Assembly (NCBI RefSeq): GCF_006345805.1
Contig: NW_021833927.1
Span: forward strand, 1-57,836
Direction: 5' to 3'
Source of the DNA: Octopus sinensis
Lineage: Eukaryota
DNA length: 57,836 bases
This document shows positions 1-10,397 of this stretch, in pieces. The first letter of the stretch is position 1. Each line of letters starts with the position of its first letter. Below the pieces are notes generated by a model. That model saw nothing but the letters and a program-made list of their open reading frames with translations. It did not search any database and was not told the DNA's origin. A program made the position numbers and the translations under genes.

Positions 1-678
1 AATAAATATTTAAAGCAGCCCCATACTATAACAATGCCCTAGCCAACAGCAGCTTCAAAGATAAGATATCTTATAATGCTTCAATTAAAAATATCAAACC
101 TAAAAATAGATCTAGGAAAATAATATGGTTTGCTCCCACTTCTCCTTAAATGTAAAAACATAGGCAAGAAATTCCTAGCACTCTTCATAAAAATATAATG
201 CAGCTGCTGCCCCAATACAAAGGCCATTATCGCTCACATGTCTCTCTCAGTTGCAACTGTTGAGACCCTGAATCTTGATCAGGTGTAATTGATAAACTCA
301 AGTCTTTTATGCAGTTGAAGTCACAGCTGTGCTCTAAGATAACATAACTGAAAAGAAAATTTACGGTTCATGTGAAAGCAATTTTAAAAGACACTATGCA
401 GATCATCTGTCTTCTTTCTGACACAATGACAAAATTAAAGCCTTTAAGTTAGCTTTCCAACTGTGGAATGTCAGAACTAATTGCACACCACATACACTCA
501 AGTAGAGAATTGTGGAGAAATTATGCTACATGTAAATGAATCAAAGAGTTGCAAGTTATGCATAGCTGAAAGATCACACATTCTTTTTAGAGCCAAGAGT
601 TCTACCACACTACTTAATTCCAGATTCAAAATTTTCAGTAAATGCAGGCATATGAGCAAATTTATTTTGTTGAACTAG
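1..678 (+). mobile_element. Decayed Penelope-like retroelement (PLE), C-terminal linker and GIY-YIG endonuclease region; continues beyond the left window edge
   Basis: Stitching frames gives the PLE motif series in order: IFKAAPYYNNALANS (~7-52), KNRSRKIIWF..FSLNVKT.IGKKFLAL (~100-185), SCCPNTKAII, CNC, KKIYGSCESNFKRHYADHLSSF, then ORF 481-678 ending SKSCKLCIAERSHIL..LLNSRFKIFSKCRHMSKFILLN. Many stops and frameshifts. Confidence 0.8.
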
Positions 679-925
679 AGGCACCACTCTCTCCAGATTG
701 AGAAGCTGTCTCTCAGACTTTGGTCTCCTCACTATTGATTAACTATGATTTTATGGACAAAAGGGGTGCAAATCTTGGTTTTTCTTTCAGTTCTTACTCT
801 TCTTTTTCTGTTTGTATTCATCCTTTGTCTCTCATTCCACTTTTTGCACCAACCTTCTCATTTTTTCCTGCTCTTTGTCATGTACCAGTAACCAAGTTTT
901 CAAAAAGGAACTAATCTTGTGGTCT

Positions 926-1014
926 GAACCTGAAAGAATGCTTGAAGACACAAGGCATGTTATATAAATCTATTGAATTACCATGTCTCCATGGCATGAA
1001 ACTATTAGTAGTTC
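926..1014 (+). ncRNA. Type I hammerhead-ribozyme-like motif (variant core) 3' of the PLE
   Basis: GAAC(926-929)-CTGAAAGA(930-937; canonical CUGANGA plus 1 nt)-ATGC...GCAT long stem II-GAAAC(998-1002)-TATTA-GTA(1008-1010)-GTTC(1011-1014). Stem I GAAC/GTTC; near-palindromic stem III ACTATTAGT. Confidence 0.6.
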
Positions 1015-1051
1015 TTATTTTAATACTATGTGCATTAAATGTGTGAGTGTA

Positions 1052-1117
1052 TACACACACACACACATATATATATATACATACATACATACATACATAC
1101 ATACATACACACACACA
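1052..1117. repeat. Compound (CA)n/(TA)n/(TACA)n microsatellite
   Basis: Directly visible. Confidence 0.95.
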
Positions 1118-1713
1118 TGTATATAGTTCACACATGTGATCCAGATATTCTCCATATAGAAGACAGTAGTGCTTAAAAGATTCAAACTTAGACTCTAATG
1201 TCATTACAGGGGATCATTCCACACGGTAAAGAAAGGCTAAAAGAGTGATCAGGTTGAGCAATTATAGGGATAAGCAAAATAATTCAAAGATTCCATCATT
1301 AAACTTCTGCATTATAATCTGAAATGTAAGATCTTTTCTACCCTGATGATAGAGGCTCAACTCATCCTATGTTAAATGCATCCATGTGACCGCATTTTGT
1401 GATGGACTAAATCTACCAACATTATTATGGATTGCCAAGCCCCCAGAAACAGCTGTTGGACTTATAATACCTTTCTGCCCCACTTTTAATTTTATCTGTT
1501 GTTTCTACTCTGTGTAAGAGGGACCTATTTCTATAAATATATATATATTTATACATACAAATTTATCATCTGAAAGTTTTCACCTTTGGTTTTTCTTGTT
1601 TTGCATGTATACATATCTTGTATTTCATGTATTTAATATATCTAATATATTTGATGTGTCGAATTTGCTTGTCTTTATAATCGCTTCTATACACACGTGT
1701 GTGTGTGTGTGAA

Positions 1714-1866
1714 TAGCTGTGTGGTAAGTAGCTTGTGGTAAGTAACATGGTTCCAGGTTCAGTTCTACTGCATATCACTTTGGGCAAGTATCTTCTACTA
1801 TAGCCTCAGGCAGACCAAAGCCTTGTGAGTTGATTTGGTAGACAGAAACTGGAAGAAGCTTGTCAT
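1714..1866 (+). mobile_element. tRNA-derived SINE (octopus-type), diverged
   Basis: Box A-like TAGCTGTGTGG at 1714 and Box B-like GGTTCAGTTC, then TTGGGCAAGT..TTCTACTATAGCC..GACCAAAGCCTTGTGAGT..GGTAGAC.GAAACTG, running into a (TA)n tail. Family assignment is from memory. Confidence 0.75.
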
Positions 1867-1878
1867 ATATATACATAC

Positions 1879-1946
<68 letters not shown>

Positions 1947-1950
1947 ATAT
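1866..1950. repeat. (TA)n microsatellite
   Basis: Directly visible. Confidence 0.95.
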
Positions 1951-2047
1951 TAATTAGAGACAAAACCACTATTTTGCAATCAAACAAAGAAAGACTTAAT
2001 CCAATACATAAAAAAATTTTTATATAAATTAAATAAAATTATATTCG

Positions 2048-2093
2048 CCACTACAATTGTTTCATGTCTCTTCTCAGGACATTCATCAGGTGG
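2048..2093 (-). ncRNA. Minimal type I hammerhead ribozyme, intact catalytic core (PLE-type)
   Basis: Minus strand reads CCAC-CTGATGA-ATGTC-CTGAGAAGA-GACAT-GAAAC-AATT-GTA-GTGG: stem I CCAC/GTGG, perfect CUGAUGA and GAAA boxes, 5-bp stem II, palindromic stem III ACAATTGT, GUA cleavage triplet. Confidence 0.85.
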
Positions 2094-2193
2094 ATTTCAG
2101 ACTAAAAATAATCAATATTTTTAAGATATAAATTTAAAATGACTAAAACTATAAATAATATAAATTTATCAATGAAAAAAGAAAATATATATA

Positions 2194-2224
<31 letters not shown>

Positions 2225-3085
2225 ATCTATATATAATCAAGAACTAAATTAACCTCTATAACAATTGAATATAAGGGAACCTAGTATTTAAGTTCTCATA
2301 TTTAAAGATGAATAATCTAATTTCAAAAAACAAAAATAAATAAAATGTATAAACACACATGCTCATACACATATATCTAAGTATATATATAAACATATCT
2401 AAATACATACACTAACTCACACACCCGTATATATCTCTATACGTACACATAAACATCTAGGCAATGATTAATTAATAAATTAGCCGTATACTTAAACACA
2501 TTACTTATTCTTACTCCCACATACACACATACAACCCTCATTTATAAACACACTCACTCTGCATGGCAACCACACATCCAGCATCCGCAAATACTCAACC
2601 ACAACAACAGAAACATTTCATTCTTAGCAATAAACTACCGAATACCGTATACCACATATATACAACACCATACATAAATACTTAAAACAAACACACACAC
2701 ACACACATATTCCAAATACCACATGCATACAACAAACATACACAAATACACAAACAAACACACGCACACACACATACATAAACACTCAAAAGAAAACTTT
2801 TCTACACATAAACAATGCACACACACACACACACACAATCACTCACACACAACACCACTCCCACCGCCACACCAACACAGAGGAGTAACAAATTCAGCAG
2901 ATACATACATTCAGCCACACACATACATTAACATTCTCTACTCAGCAATATACTATTAAAAAACCCCATCACCATTCTAAAACAAAATTATGAATAAGAA
3001 TAATAACTTATATAGAATTATTCTATTATTAAACGTAACCTAAACCATTTAAAAACGAATCTATTTATCAAAGTATGTCTAAATT

Positions 3086-5658
3086 GGGCTTCCATGTCGT
3101 ACATGGAGGCTATGGCTATGGCTCCCGAAACGAGGAGGGAACCAGGCTGCTGGAGTTCTGCGATGCAAATAATCTTATGATTTGCAACACTAACTTCAGG
3201 AAACCTACCAGCCACCTAGTCACTTACCGATCGGGCCAACATACCAGCCAAATTGACTACATCCTTGCAAGGCAAAGGGAGAGATGGCTGCTTATAAATG
3301 CCAAAACCTTCCCAGGGGAAGAATGTACCCCACAACATAGACTGGTAGTTAGTGACTTTAGGATCAGGACTAGGAGGACAACCAGAAGACGACCAATATG
3401 GAGAAGAAGGATCTGGAAGCTTAAAGATCCTGCAAATGGACAGAGATTTAGAGACATATTACTTGAAGCCTCTGACGAAGTAGAAGGGGATAGAGCATCA
3501 CAGGGGGTAGAAGACAGCTGGACGTTTCTAAGGGACAACCTGCTGAGAGCCACTGACCAGATCTGTGGCTGGTGCAAAGTCCCCTCTCGACCTAGAATAC
3601 GTGGTGGTGGAACAATATTGTAGACAGGGCTATTAGAGAAAAAGACAGGCTTGGAAGGTCTGGAAAAATGGGGGTAGCAGGGAATTGTATCAGACTGCCA
3701 AAAGAGAAGCTAAGAGACAGGTTTATTTAGCCAGAGGGGAAGCAGATAAGAAAAAATTTGCCAATGTTCTGCGCCGTGAGGACCAAAGACTGGAGGTGTT
3801 TCGCGTTGCAAGACAGTGTGTGAGAGAGAATCGTGATGTGGTAGGAGAGAAGCGTGTTCGCATGGAAGATGGTTCACTTGCGCTAAATGAGGATGCAAAG
3901 AGAGAGGTTTGGAGATGCCACTATGAAAGTTTGCTGAATAATGAAAATGAATGGGATAAAGAGAGTCTGCCGAATGTTGACCCAACAGAGGGACCAGCTA
4001 TCCGAGTTGATAGTTCCGTGGTAGCTAAGGCAATTAGAAGCATGAAGACAGGAAAAGCCCCAGGCCCATCAGGAATCACTGCAGAGATGCTCAAAATGTC
4101 TGGTAGTGTCGGCTATAGCCTAGTCACCCATATAGTTAATCAGGTGATACACAAAGGAGTCATACCCAATGACTGGTGTAGCAGCATAATAGTCAACTGC
4201 TACAAAGGTAAAGGTGACGCCCTAGATACAAATAACTACAGAGGTATCAAGCTGTGGATCAGGTGATGAAGGTTACGGAGAGGGTCATAGCCCAACTAAT
4301 TAGAGAGAGAGTTAGTTTAGATGAGATGCAGTTTGGGTTTGTGCCAGGGAAAAGTACTACTGATGCTATATTCCTGGTAAGGCAGCTGCAGGAGAAATAC
4401 CTAGCCAAAGATAAGCCCCTGTACCTGGCTTTTGTTGACATGGAGAAAGCCTTCGACAGGGTCCCCCGATCCCTTATCTGGTGGTCAATGAGGAAACTAG
4501 GGATAGATGAATGGTTAGTGAGAGATGTGCGGGCCATGTATAGGGACGCTGCTAGTAGGGTGAGGGTTGGAAACGAGTACAGTGAAGAATTCCGGGTAGA
4601 GGTAGGGGTCCACCAAGGCTCAGTACTCAGCCCCCTCCTATTTATCATAGTCCTCCAGGCAATAACGGAGGAATTCAAGACAGGATGCCCTTGGGAGCTC
4701 CTCTATGCTGATGACCTTGCTCTAATTGCTGAGTCGCTATCAGAACTGGAGGAGAAGTTTCAGGTGTGGAAACAAGGATTAGAATCGAAGGGCCTCAGAG
4801 TCAATCTAGCTAAAACCAAAGTCGTAATCAGTAGGAAGGTAGACAAATCACAAACGCCTTCAGGTAGATGGCCCTGCTCGATCTGTAGAAAAGGTGTAGG
4901 TAGAAACTCTATAAGATGCACCAACTGTAAGCTATGGACACATAAGAGGTGCAGCAATGTCAAAGGAAGGCTAACTAGGAAGATGGTTTTTGTATGTGGC
5001 AGATGCTCAGGAACATAAACACTGAAAATGCTCTGAGACCAACTTCCGTCACTTTCCAGGGAGAAAAACTAGAATAGTTGATAGTTTCCGTTACCTAGGT
5101 GACCAAGTCAGCAGCGGGGGCGGGTGTGCTGAAAGTGTAACTGCTAGAGTAAGAATAGCTTGGGCAAAGTTCAGAGAGCTCTTACCTCTGCTGGTGACAA
5201 AAGGCCTCTCGCACAGAGTGAAAGGCAGACTGTATGATGCGTGTGTACGAACAGCCATGCTACATGGCAGTGAAACATGGGCCGTGACTGCTGAGGATAT
5301 GAGTAAGCTCGCAAGAAATGAAGCCAGTATGCTCCGATGGATGTGTAATGTCAGTGTTCATAATCGACAGAGTGTAAGTACCTTGAGAGAAAAGCTGGAC
5401 CTAAGAAGCATCAGTTGTGGTGTGCAAGAGAGACGATTGCGCTGGTATGGTCATGTGGCGAGAATGGATGAAGATAGTTGTGTGAAAAAGTGTCACACCC
5501 TAGCGGTTGAGGGAACCTGTGGAAGAGGCAGACCCAGGAAAACCTGGGACGAGGTGGTGAAGCACGACCTTCGAACTTTAGGTCTCACTGAGGAAATGAC
5601 TAGAGACCGAGTCCTCTGGAAGTATGCTGTGCGCAAGAAGACCCGGCAGGACAAGTGA
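3086..5658 (+). pseudogene. RTE ORF2 (endonuclease-reverse transcriptase), frameshifted
   Basis: ORF-track pieces 3075-3623, 3685-4266, 4254-5018 and 5194-5658 join through about five 1-nt frameshifts. Confidence 0.9.
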
Positions 5659-5730
5659 GTCCATAACCCGTGGCCTTCTACTTGGGATGGAGCCAGCCTA
5701 CGTATGCATACCTTCCCTTCTTGGGACACA

Positions 5731-5925
5731 AAACTCTACTTGTGAAGACCTGTTGAGGCAAGTGAGGATCAGAATCGAAATCAATCAATGGAAATTGCAG
5801 ATGTGTTACCAGTGCCGGTGGCATGTCGAAACTCTACTTGTGAAGACCCATTGAGGCAAGTGAGGATCAGAATGGAAATCGCTCAATGGAAATTGCAGAT
5901 GTGTTACCAGTGCCGGTGGCATGTA
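5731..5925 (+). repeat. 98-bp tandem duplication in the RTE 3' UTR
   Basis: AAACTCTACTTGTGAAGACC...GTGCCGGTGGCATGT starts at 5731 and again at 5829. Confidence 0.95.
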
Positions 5926-7142
5926 AGAGAACCTTCCGTTTCGCGACCGTTGCCAGCACCGCCCCGTTTCGTGTCCGTTGCCAGCCTCGCCTGGCCCTTG
6001 TGCCGGTGGCACATAAAAAGCACCATCCGTTCGTGGCCGTTTGCCAGCTCTGTCTGGCACCTGTGCGGGTGGCACGTAAAAAGCACCCACTACACTCACG
6101 GAGTGGTTGGCGTTAGGAAGGGCATCCAGCCGTAGAAACACTGCCAGATTTGACTGGGCCTGATGAAGCCTTCTGGCTTCACAGACCCCAGTAGAACCGT
6201 CCAACCCATGCTAGCATGGAAAACGGACGCTAAACGACGATGATGATGATGATGAACAAAGAAAAGTACGATAAATAGATCAATACATAAACAACAAGTT
6301 TAACACAAGGAGAATATATTATTCAAAAACTTATACATATACAATTAAAATTAAGATAGGAGATCTAAAATAATACATACCTTCTATTCTATTTTAAGTT
6401 ATGAAGTGAATTTAAAAGTCTAACTGTTATAGCGTTTACAAAAATACGTTATCATAGAAATAGAATATATTTTTAATAAAACCTTTGCACGTGATGAACG
6501 AACGTTATCTAAATATTTTGAATGGAATAGAATGGAATAATATGTAAATCAACGTAAATAGACTGAATTTACTAAAAAATTCATTAATAAAACAATCATG
6601 ATAAACGAAAACCATACATACAAATATAATGATAAAACCTCCCTTACCAAATACACATTAATAAACCTATATAGCAATCTCCCTCATAAATACATTCACA
6701 CACATATTTACACACACCCACAAACATATACCTATACCCACTCACACATACATATACATACGTACAATACTCGATAAATACACCAATATATTCACACCCA
6801 CACCCATACAGATAACTAAATAAATACATATACATCCATAAATATATATATATATAGATATATATATATATATATATACATATATACATATATATACACT
6901 CACACATATCATCAAATACACATATATATAAAAATACGCACATTCACAAAAATAAATAAATAAATATTTATTATATGTATATATGAGTGTGTACACGCAA
7001 ACTCGTGCAATCTCATGCACATTCAAACATGCATGTATACAAGTGCATATACAAGCACACGCATTTACATAGCACTCATGCAACTCGCATCTACACATGC
7101 ACTTGTACACGCGCACACATGCACACACACCCATGCACATGC

Positions 7143-8084
7143 ATTCGTACTCCCACACACACACATACAACCCTCATTTATAAACACACTCAGTCTGCAT
7201 GACAACCACACATCCAGCATCCGCAAATACTCAACCACAACAACAGAAACATTTCATTCTTAGCAATAAACTACCGAATACCATATACCATATATATACA
7301 ACACCATACATAAATACTTAAAACAAACACACACACACTCTTATTCCAAATACCACATGCATACAACAAACATACACAAATACGCAAACAAACACACACA
7401 CACATTCACACATACATAAACACTCAAAAGAAAACAACTTTTCTACACATAAACAATGCACACACACACACAACACCACTCCCACCGCCACTCCAACACA
7501 GGAGTAACAAATTCAGCAGATACATACATTCAGCCACACATACATTAACATTCTCTACTCAGCAATATACTATTAAAAACCCCATCACCACTCTAAAACA
7601 AAATTATGAATATTAATAACTTATATAGAATTATTCTATTATTAAACGTAACCTAAACCATTTAAAAACGAATCTATCTATTTATCAAAGTATGTCTAAA
7701 TTATTTAATAACAAAGAAAATTACGATACATAGATCAATACATAAACAACAAGTTTAACATAAGGCGAATATATTATACAAAAACTTATATACAATTAAA
7801 ATTAAAGTAGGAGATCTAAAATAATACATACCTTCTATTCTATTTTAAGTTATGAAGTGAATTTAAAACTTTTATAGCGTTTACAAAATTACGTTATCAT
7901 AGAAATAGAATATATTCAATAAATTCTTTGCACGTGATGAACGAACGTTATTTAAATATTATGAATGGAATAGAATGGTATAATATGTTAAACAACGTAA
8001 ATAGACTGAATTTACTAAAAATTCATTAATAAAACAATCATGATAAACGAAAACCATACATACAAATATAATGATAAAACCTCC
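7143..8084 (+). repeat. Copy 2 of the ~0.95-kb duplication (uninterrupted; contains the RTE empty site)
   Basis: GTATGTCTAAATT-ATTTAAT-AACAAAGAAAA at 7690-7720 joins the two RTE flanks. Confidence 0.9.
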
Positions 8085-8186
8085 GTTTTATATAATATTT
8101 TACTATAAAATTGGATTCAATCCTAAATCTGATTTTTCCCTGTAAATTTGGATTTATTCCCTAATATTTATTATTATATATATATA

Positions 8187-8357
8187 TATATATGAAAGAA
8201 GGTTTGAAAATGCAATTTTAAAAGATGTTTATTTACTTTACCAGTTTCATCTTTGTCAAAAGTAACATACTTTTGACAATCTTTTTCAAAAAAGTAAAAC
8301 CGGTAAAGTAAATAAACATCTTTTAAAATTGCATTTTCAAACCTTCTTTCATATATA
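8187..8357. repeat. Perfect 56-bp inverted repeat with an internal 12-bp hairpin (MITE-like/foldback)
   Basis: 8187-8242 is the exact reverse complement of 8302-8357; TTGTCAAAAGTA (8253-8264) pairs with TACTTTTGACAA (8268-8279). Confidence 0.92.
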
Positions 8358-8521
8358 ATTCGACTCGTGCCGTACCTTACAACTCCACTTTGTTATATAT
8401 ATATAAAATATATATAATATATATATAATATATGTATAATATATATATGTGTATAATATATAATATATATATATATAGATACACCGTCTGTCATTGACAT
8501 CCAAACATTTATTAAGAAAAT

Positions 8522-8962
8522 ATGTCTTCATCATCTCTATTCTATTGTCGGTTCCTTCGGCTGTCACATTCTCTTCGATGCTCTAATTCTTTCGTCGGCA
8601 ATCGCTTCAAGTCATTATTGCAATTCACTCCTGGGATCCGTACTTCTTCACAACTTCAAGGAAATCCTGCCAACCTTAAGAGAGCAACTAATTTTGATAA
8701 ACGCATTTTGGTTTGGCATAAGAAATATAAATCTGTTGAAGATGTCCCCGAATACATTTCGATATCAGTGATCAACAAAGCCAAAGACTGGAGCCGTGTC
8801 TATGTCAGCCTCTGCATGGTTGCTGTCACCATTGTCCTTTGCATCATTGTGATGTACAGCGGGAGACAGGCTGCAAAACGGGGCGAAGGAGTGTCAAAGA
8901 CCAACATGGAGTGGCACCGCCAATATAATAAAGAAAAGAATGGAGATGACACCAAGAACTAA
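8522..8962 (+). CDS. FAM162: FAM162 / UPF0389 (DUF1075) family mitochondrial membrane protein, 146 aa, single coding exon
   Basis: Intact ATG-TAA ORF. Family motifs TNFDKRILVW..KYKSVEDVPEYIS...INKAKD.SRVYVSLCMVAVTIVLCIIVMYSGRQAAKRGE..SKTNMEW. Ser/Arg-rich, acid-free N-terminus typical of a mitochondrial presequence; one TM helix. Confidence 0.88.
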   Translation: MSSSSLFYCRFLRLSHSLRCSNSFVGNRFKSLLQFTPGIRTSSQLQGNPANLKRATNFDKRILVWHKKYKSVEDVPEYISISVINKAKDWSRVYVSLCMVAVTIVLCIIVMYSGRQAAKRGEGVSKTNMEWHRQYNKEKNGDDTKN

Positions 8963-8975
8963 GACATTGCTTCTT

Positions 8976-8977
<2 letters not shown>

Positions 8978-9008
<31 letters not shown>
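8978..9008. repeat. (CT)n microsatellite
   Basis: Directly visible. Confidence 0.9.
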
Positions 9009-9011
<3 letters not shown>

Positions 9012-9446
9012 CACACAGACTCTGCACACAGTTTCATGTAGAGGCATGTATACACAAACAAGCACATGCCCTTACACATACACATTAACACCTACACACT
9101 CACATAAACCACCCCATGACAATCAATATGGACTAACACACACGCATGCACACACGTGCATACTTAATCATGCAAACACGTTTTCATTCTTGTTCCCCAA
9201 ACAACCCTGCATATATACACCTAAACCGTATGCTCCTTCTTTCTCCCACCACACACACACACACACACACATATACATGCACACACACAAAGGCAGTGCC
9301 CCATACACATATATATATATATCACATGATCATGTGATTGAGCATACTGTTGAATGCTTTTAGTCACAATGCACTTTGCATCATCTTAGCTTTCTAATGA
9401 GGCCACCCTACTGACTAAGTCAGCAGGCCAAAATACATACATATAC

Positions 9447-9481
<35 letters not shown>

Positions 9482-9645
9482 TACATACATATACATACAT
9501 ACAGGATGAACCAAAAGTCATGCACAAAATTCAATATGTTCTAGAATTGTCCATGACATATTTCAGTTTTTCTAAAATTGAATAAAACAATATTGAACAC
9601 ATACGTACTTGTACACGTTGAACAAAATGAATAATAATAATAATA

Positions 9646-9807
9646 ACTACACTCACGGAGTGGTTGGCGTTAGGAAGGGCATCCAGCTGTAGAAACACTG
9701 CCAGATCAGACTGGGCCTGGTGCAGCCTTCTGGCTTCCCAGACCCCGGTTGAACCGTCCAACCCATGCTAGCATGGAAAGCGGACGTTAAACGATGATGA
9801 TGATGAT
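9646..9807 (+). mobile_element. RTE 3'-tail fragment (or RTE-tailed SINE)
   Basis: Matches 6089-6254: ACTACACTCACGGAGTGGTTGGCGTTAGGAAGGGCATCCAG...CCATGCTAGCATGGAAAGCGGACGTTAAAC(GAT)n. Confidence 0.92.
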
Positions 9808-9896
9808 ATATGTATAATATATAATATATATTATATGTATAATATATATATGTATGATATATATATATGTATAATATATATATATATATATATATG

Positions 9897-10002
9897 TCAT
9901 CATCATCATCACCATCATCATTTAACGTCCGCTTTCCATGCTAGCATGGGTTGGACGGTTCAACTGGGGTCTGGGGAGCCCGAAAGCTGCACCAGTCCAG
10001 TC
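9897..10002 (-). mobile_element. RTE 3'-tail fragment, inverted relative to 9646-9807
   Basis: (TCA)n-TTTAACGTCCGCTTTCCATGCTAGCATGGGTTGGACGG is the reverse complement of the RTE tail. Confidence 0.9.
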
Positions 10003-10054
10003 AATATATATATATATATGTATAATATATAATATATATTATATAATATATATT

Positions 10055-10180
10055 AAATTAGAGACTATTAGGCAAATCAGACAATGAAAAACTTAAGCCC
10101 ATACATAAGATTATTTAATTTATATTATTTAAATATATAACACAATTATTAAAAAATATAATTAATATATCACTACGATT
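10055..10180 (-). repeat. Diverged second copy of the sequence flanking the 2048-2093 hammerhead
   Basis: ATTAGAGA..CTATT..GCAA.TCA.ACAA.GAAA.ACTTAA.CC.ATACATAA and the terminal CACTAC.ATT match 1952-2058. Confidence 0.6.
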
Positions 10181-10397
10181 ATGTATATATAATATGTATA
10201 TATATATAATATATACTATATAATATATGTATAATATATATATGTGTATAATATATATATATATATATATACTATATAATATATGTATATATATATATAT
10301 ATACTATATAATATATGTATAATATATATATGTGTATAATATATATATAATATATATTTAATATATATATGTATAATATATATATATGTATAATATA
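10181..10397. repeat. Degenerate (TA)n / TATAAT microsatellite
   Basis: Directly visible. Confidence 0.9.

Larger units (their letters stand above)
3086..6254 (+). mobile_element. 5'-truncated RTE-clade non-LTR retrotransposon with (GAT)n tail
   Basis: APE endonuclease C-half (SQIDYIL, QHRLVVSDF), RT motifs (KAPGPSGI, QFGF, DMEKAFDRV, GVHQGSVLSP, YADD), RTE-type C-terminus (LRWYGHVARM..GRGRPRKTW), ~600-bp 3' UTR ending ...TAAACGACGA(TGA)n. Confidence 0.95.
2507..6642 (+). repeat. Copy 1 of a ~0.95-kb direct duplication (split by the RTE at 3086-6254)
   Basis: 2507-3085 plus 6255-6642 align collinearly with 7143-8084 (e.g. CATCCAGCATCCGCAAATACTCAACCACAAC; TTTGCACGTGATGAACGAACGTTAT). Confidence 0.9.
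1952..8170 (-). mobile_element. Putative non-autonomous, hammerhead-bearing (PLE-derived?) AT/CA-rich element, interrupted by an RTE
   Basis: Bounded by (TA)n tracts on both sides, carries the hammerhead near its left end, has an internal duplication, and its left end is repeated at 10055-10180. No own ORF; boundaries uncertain. Confidence 0.35.

Noticed and set aside
1343-1380. CTGATGA possible third hammerhead
   Set aside because: No GAAA box after a stem II and no stem I/III pairing.
911-10032. Cys/Val/Tyr/His/Thr-rich small ORFs (e.g. 911-1204, 2635-2959, 6644-7263, 8844-9363, 9835-10032)
   Set aside because: Translations of CA/TA microsatellites and SINE tails.
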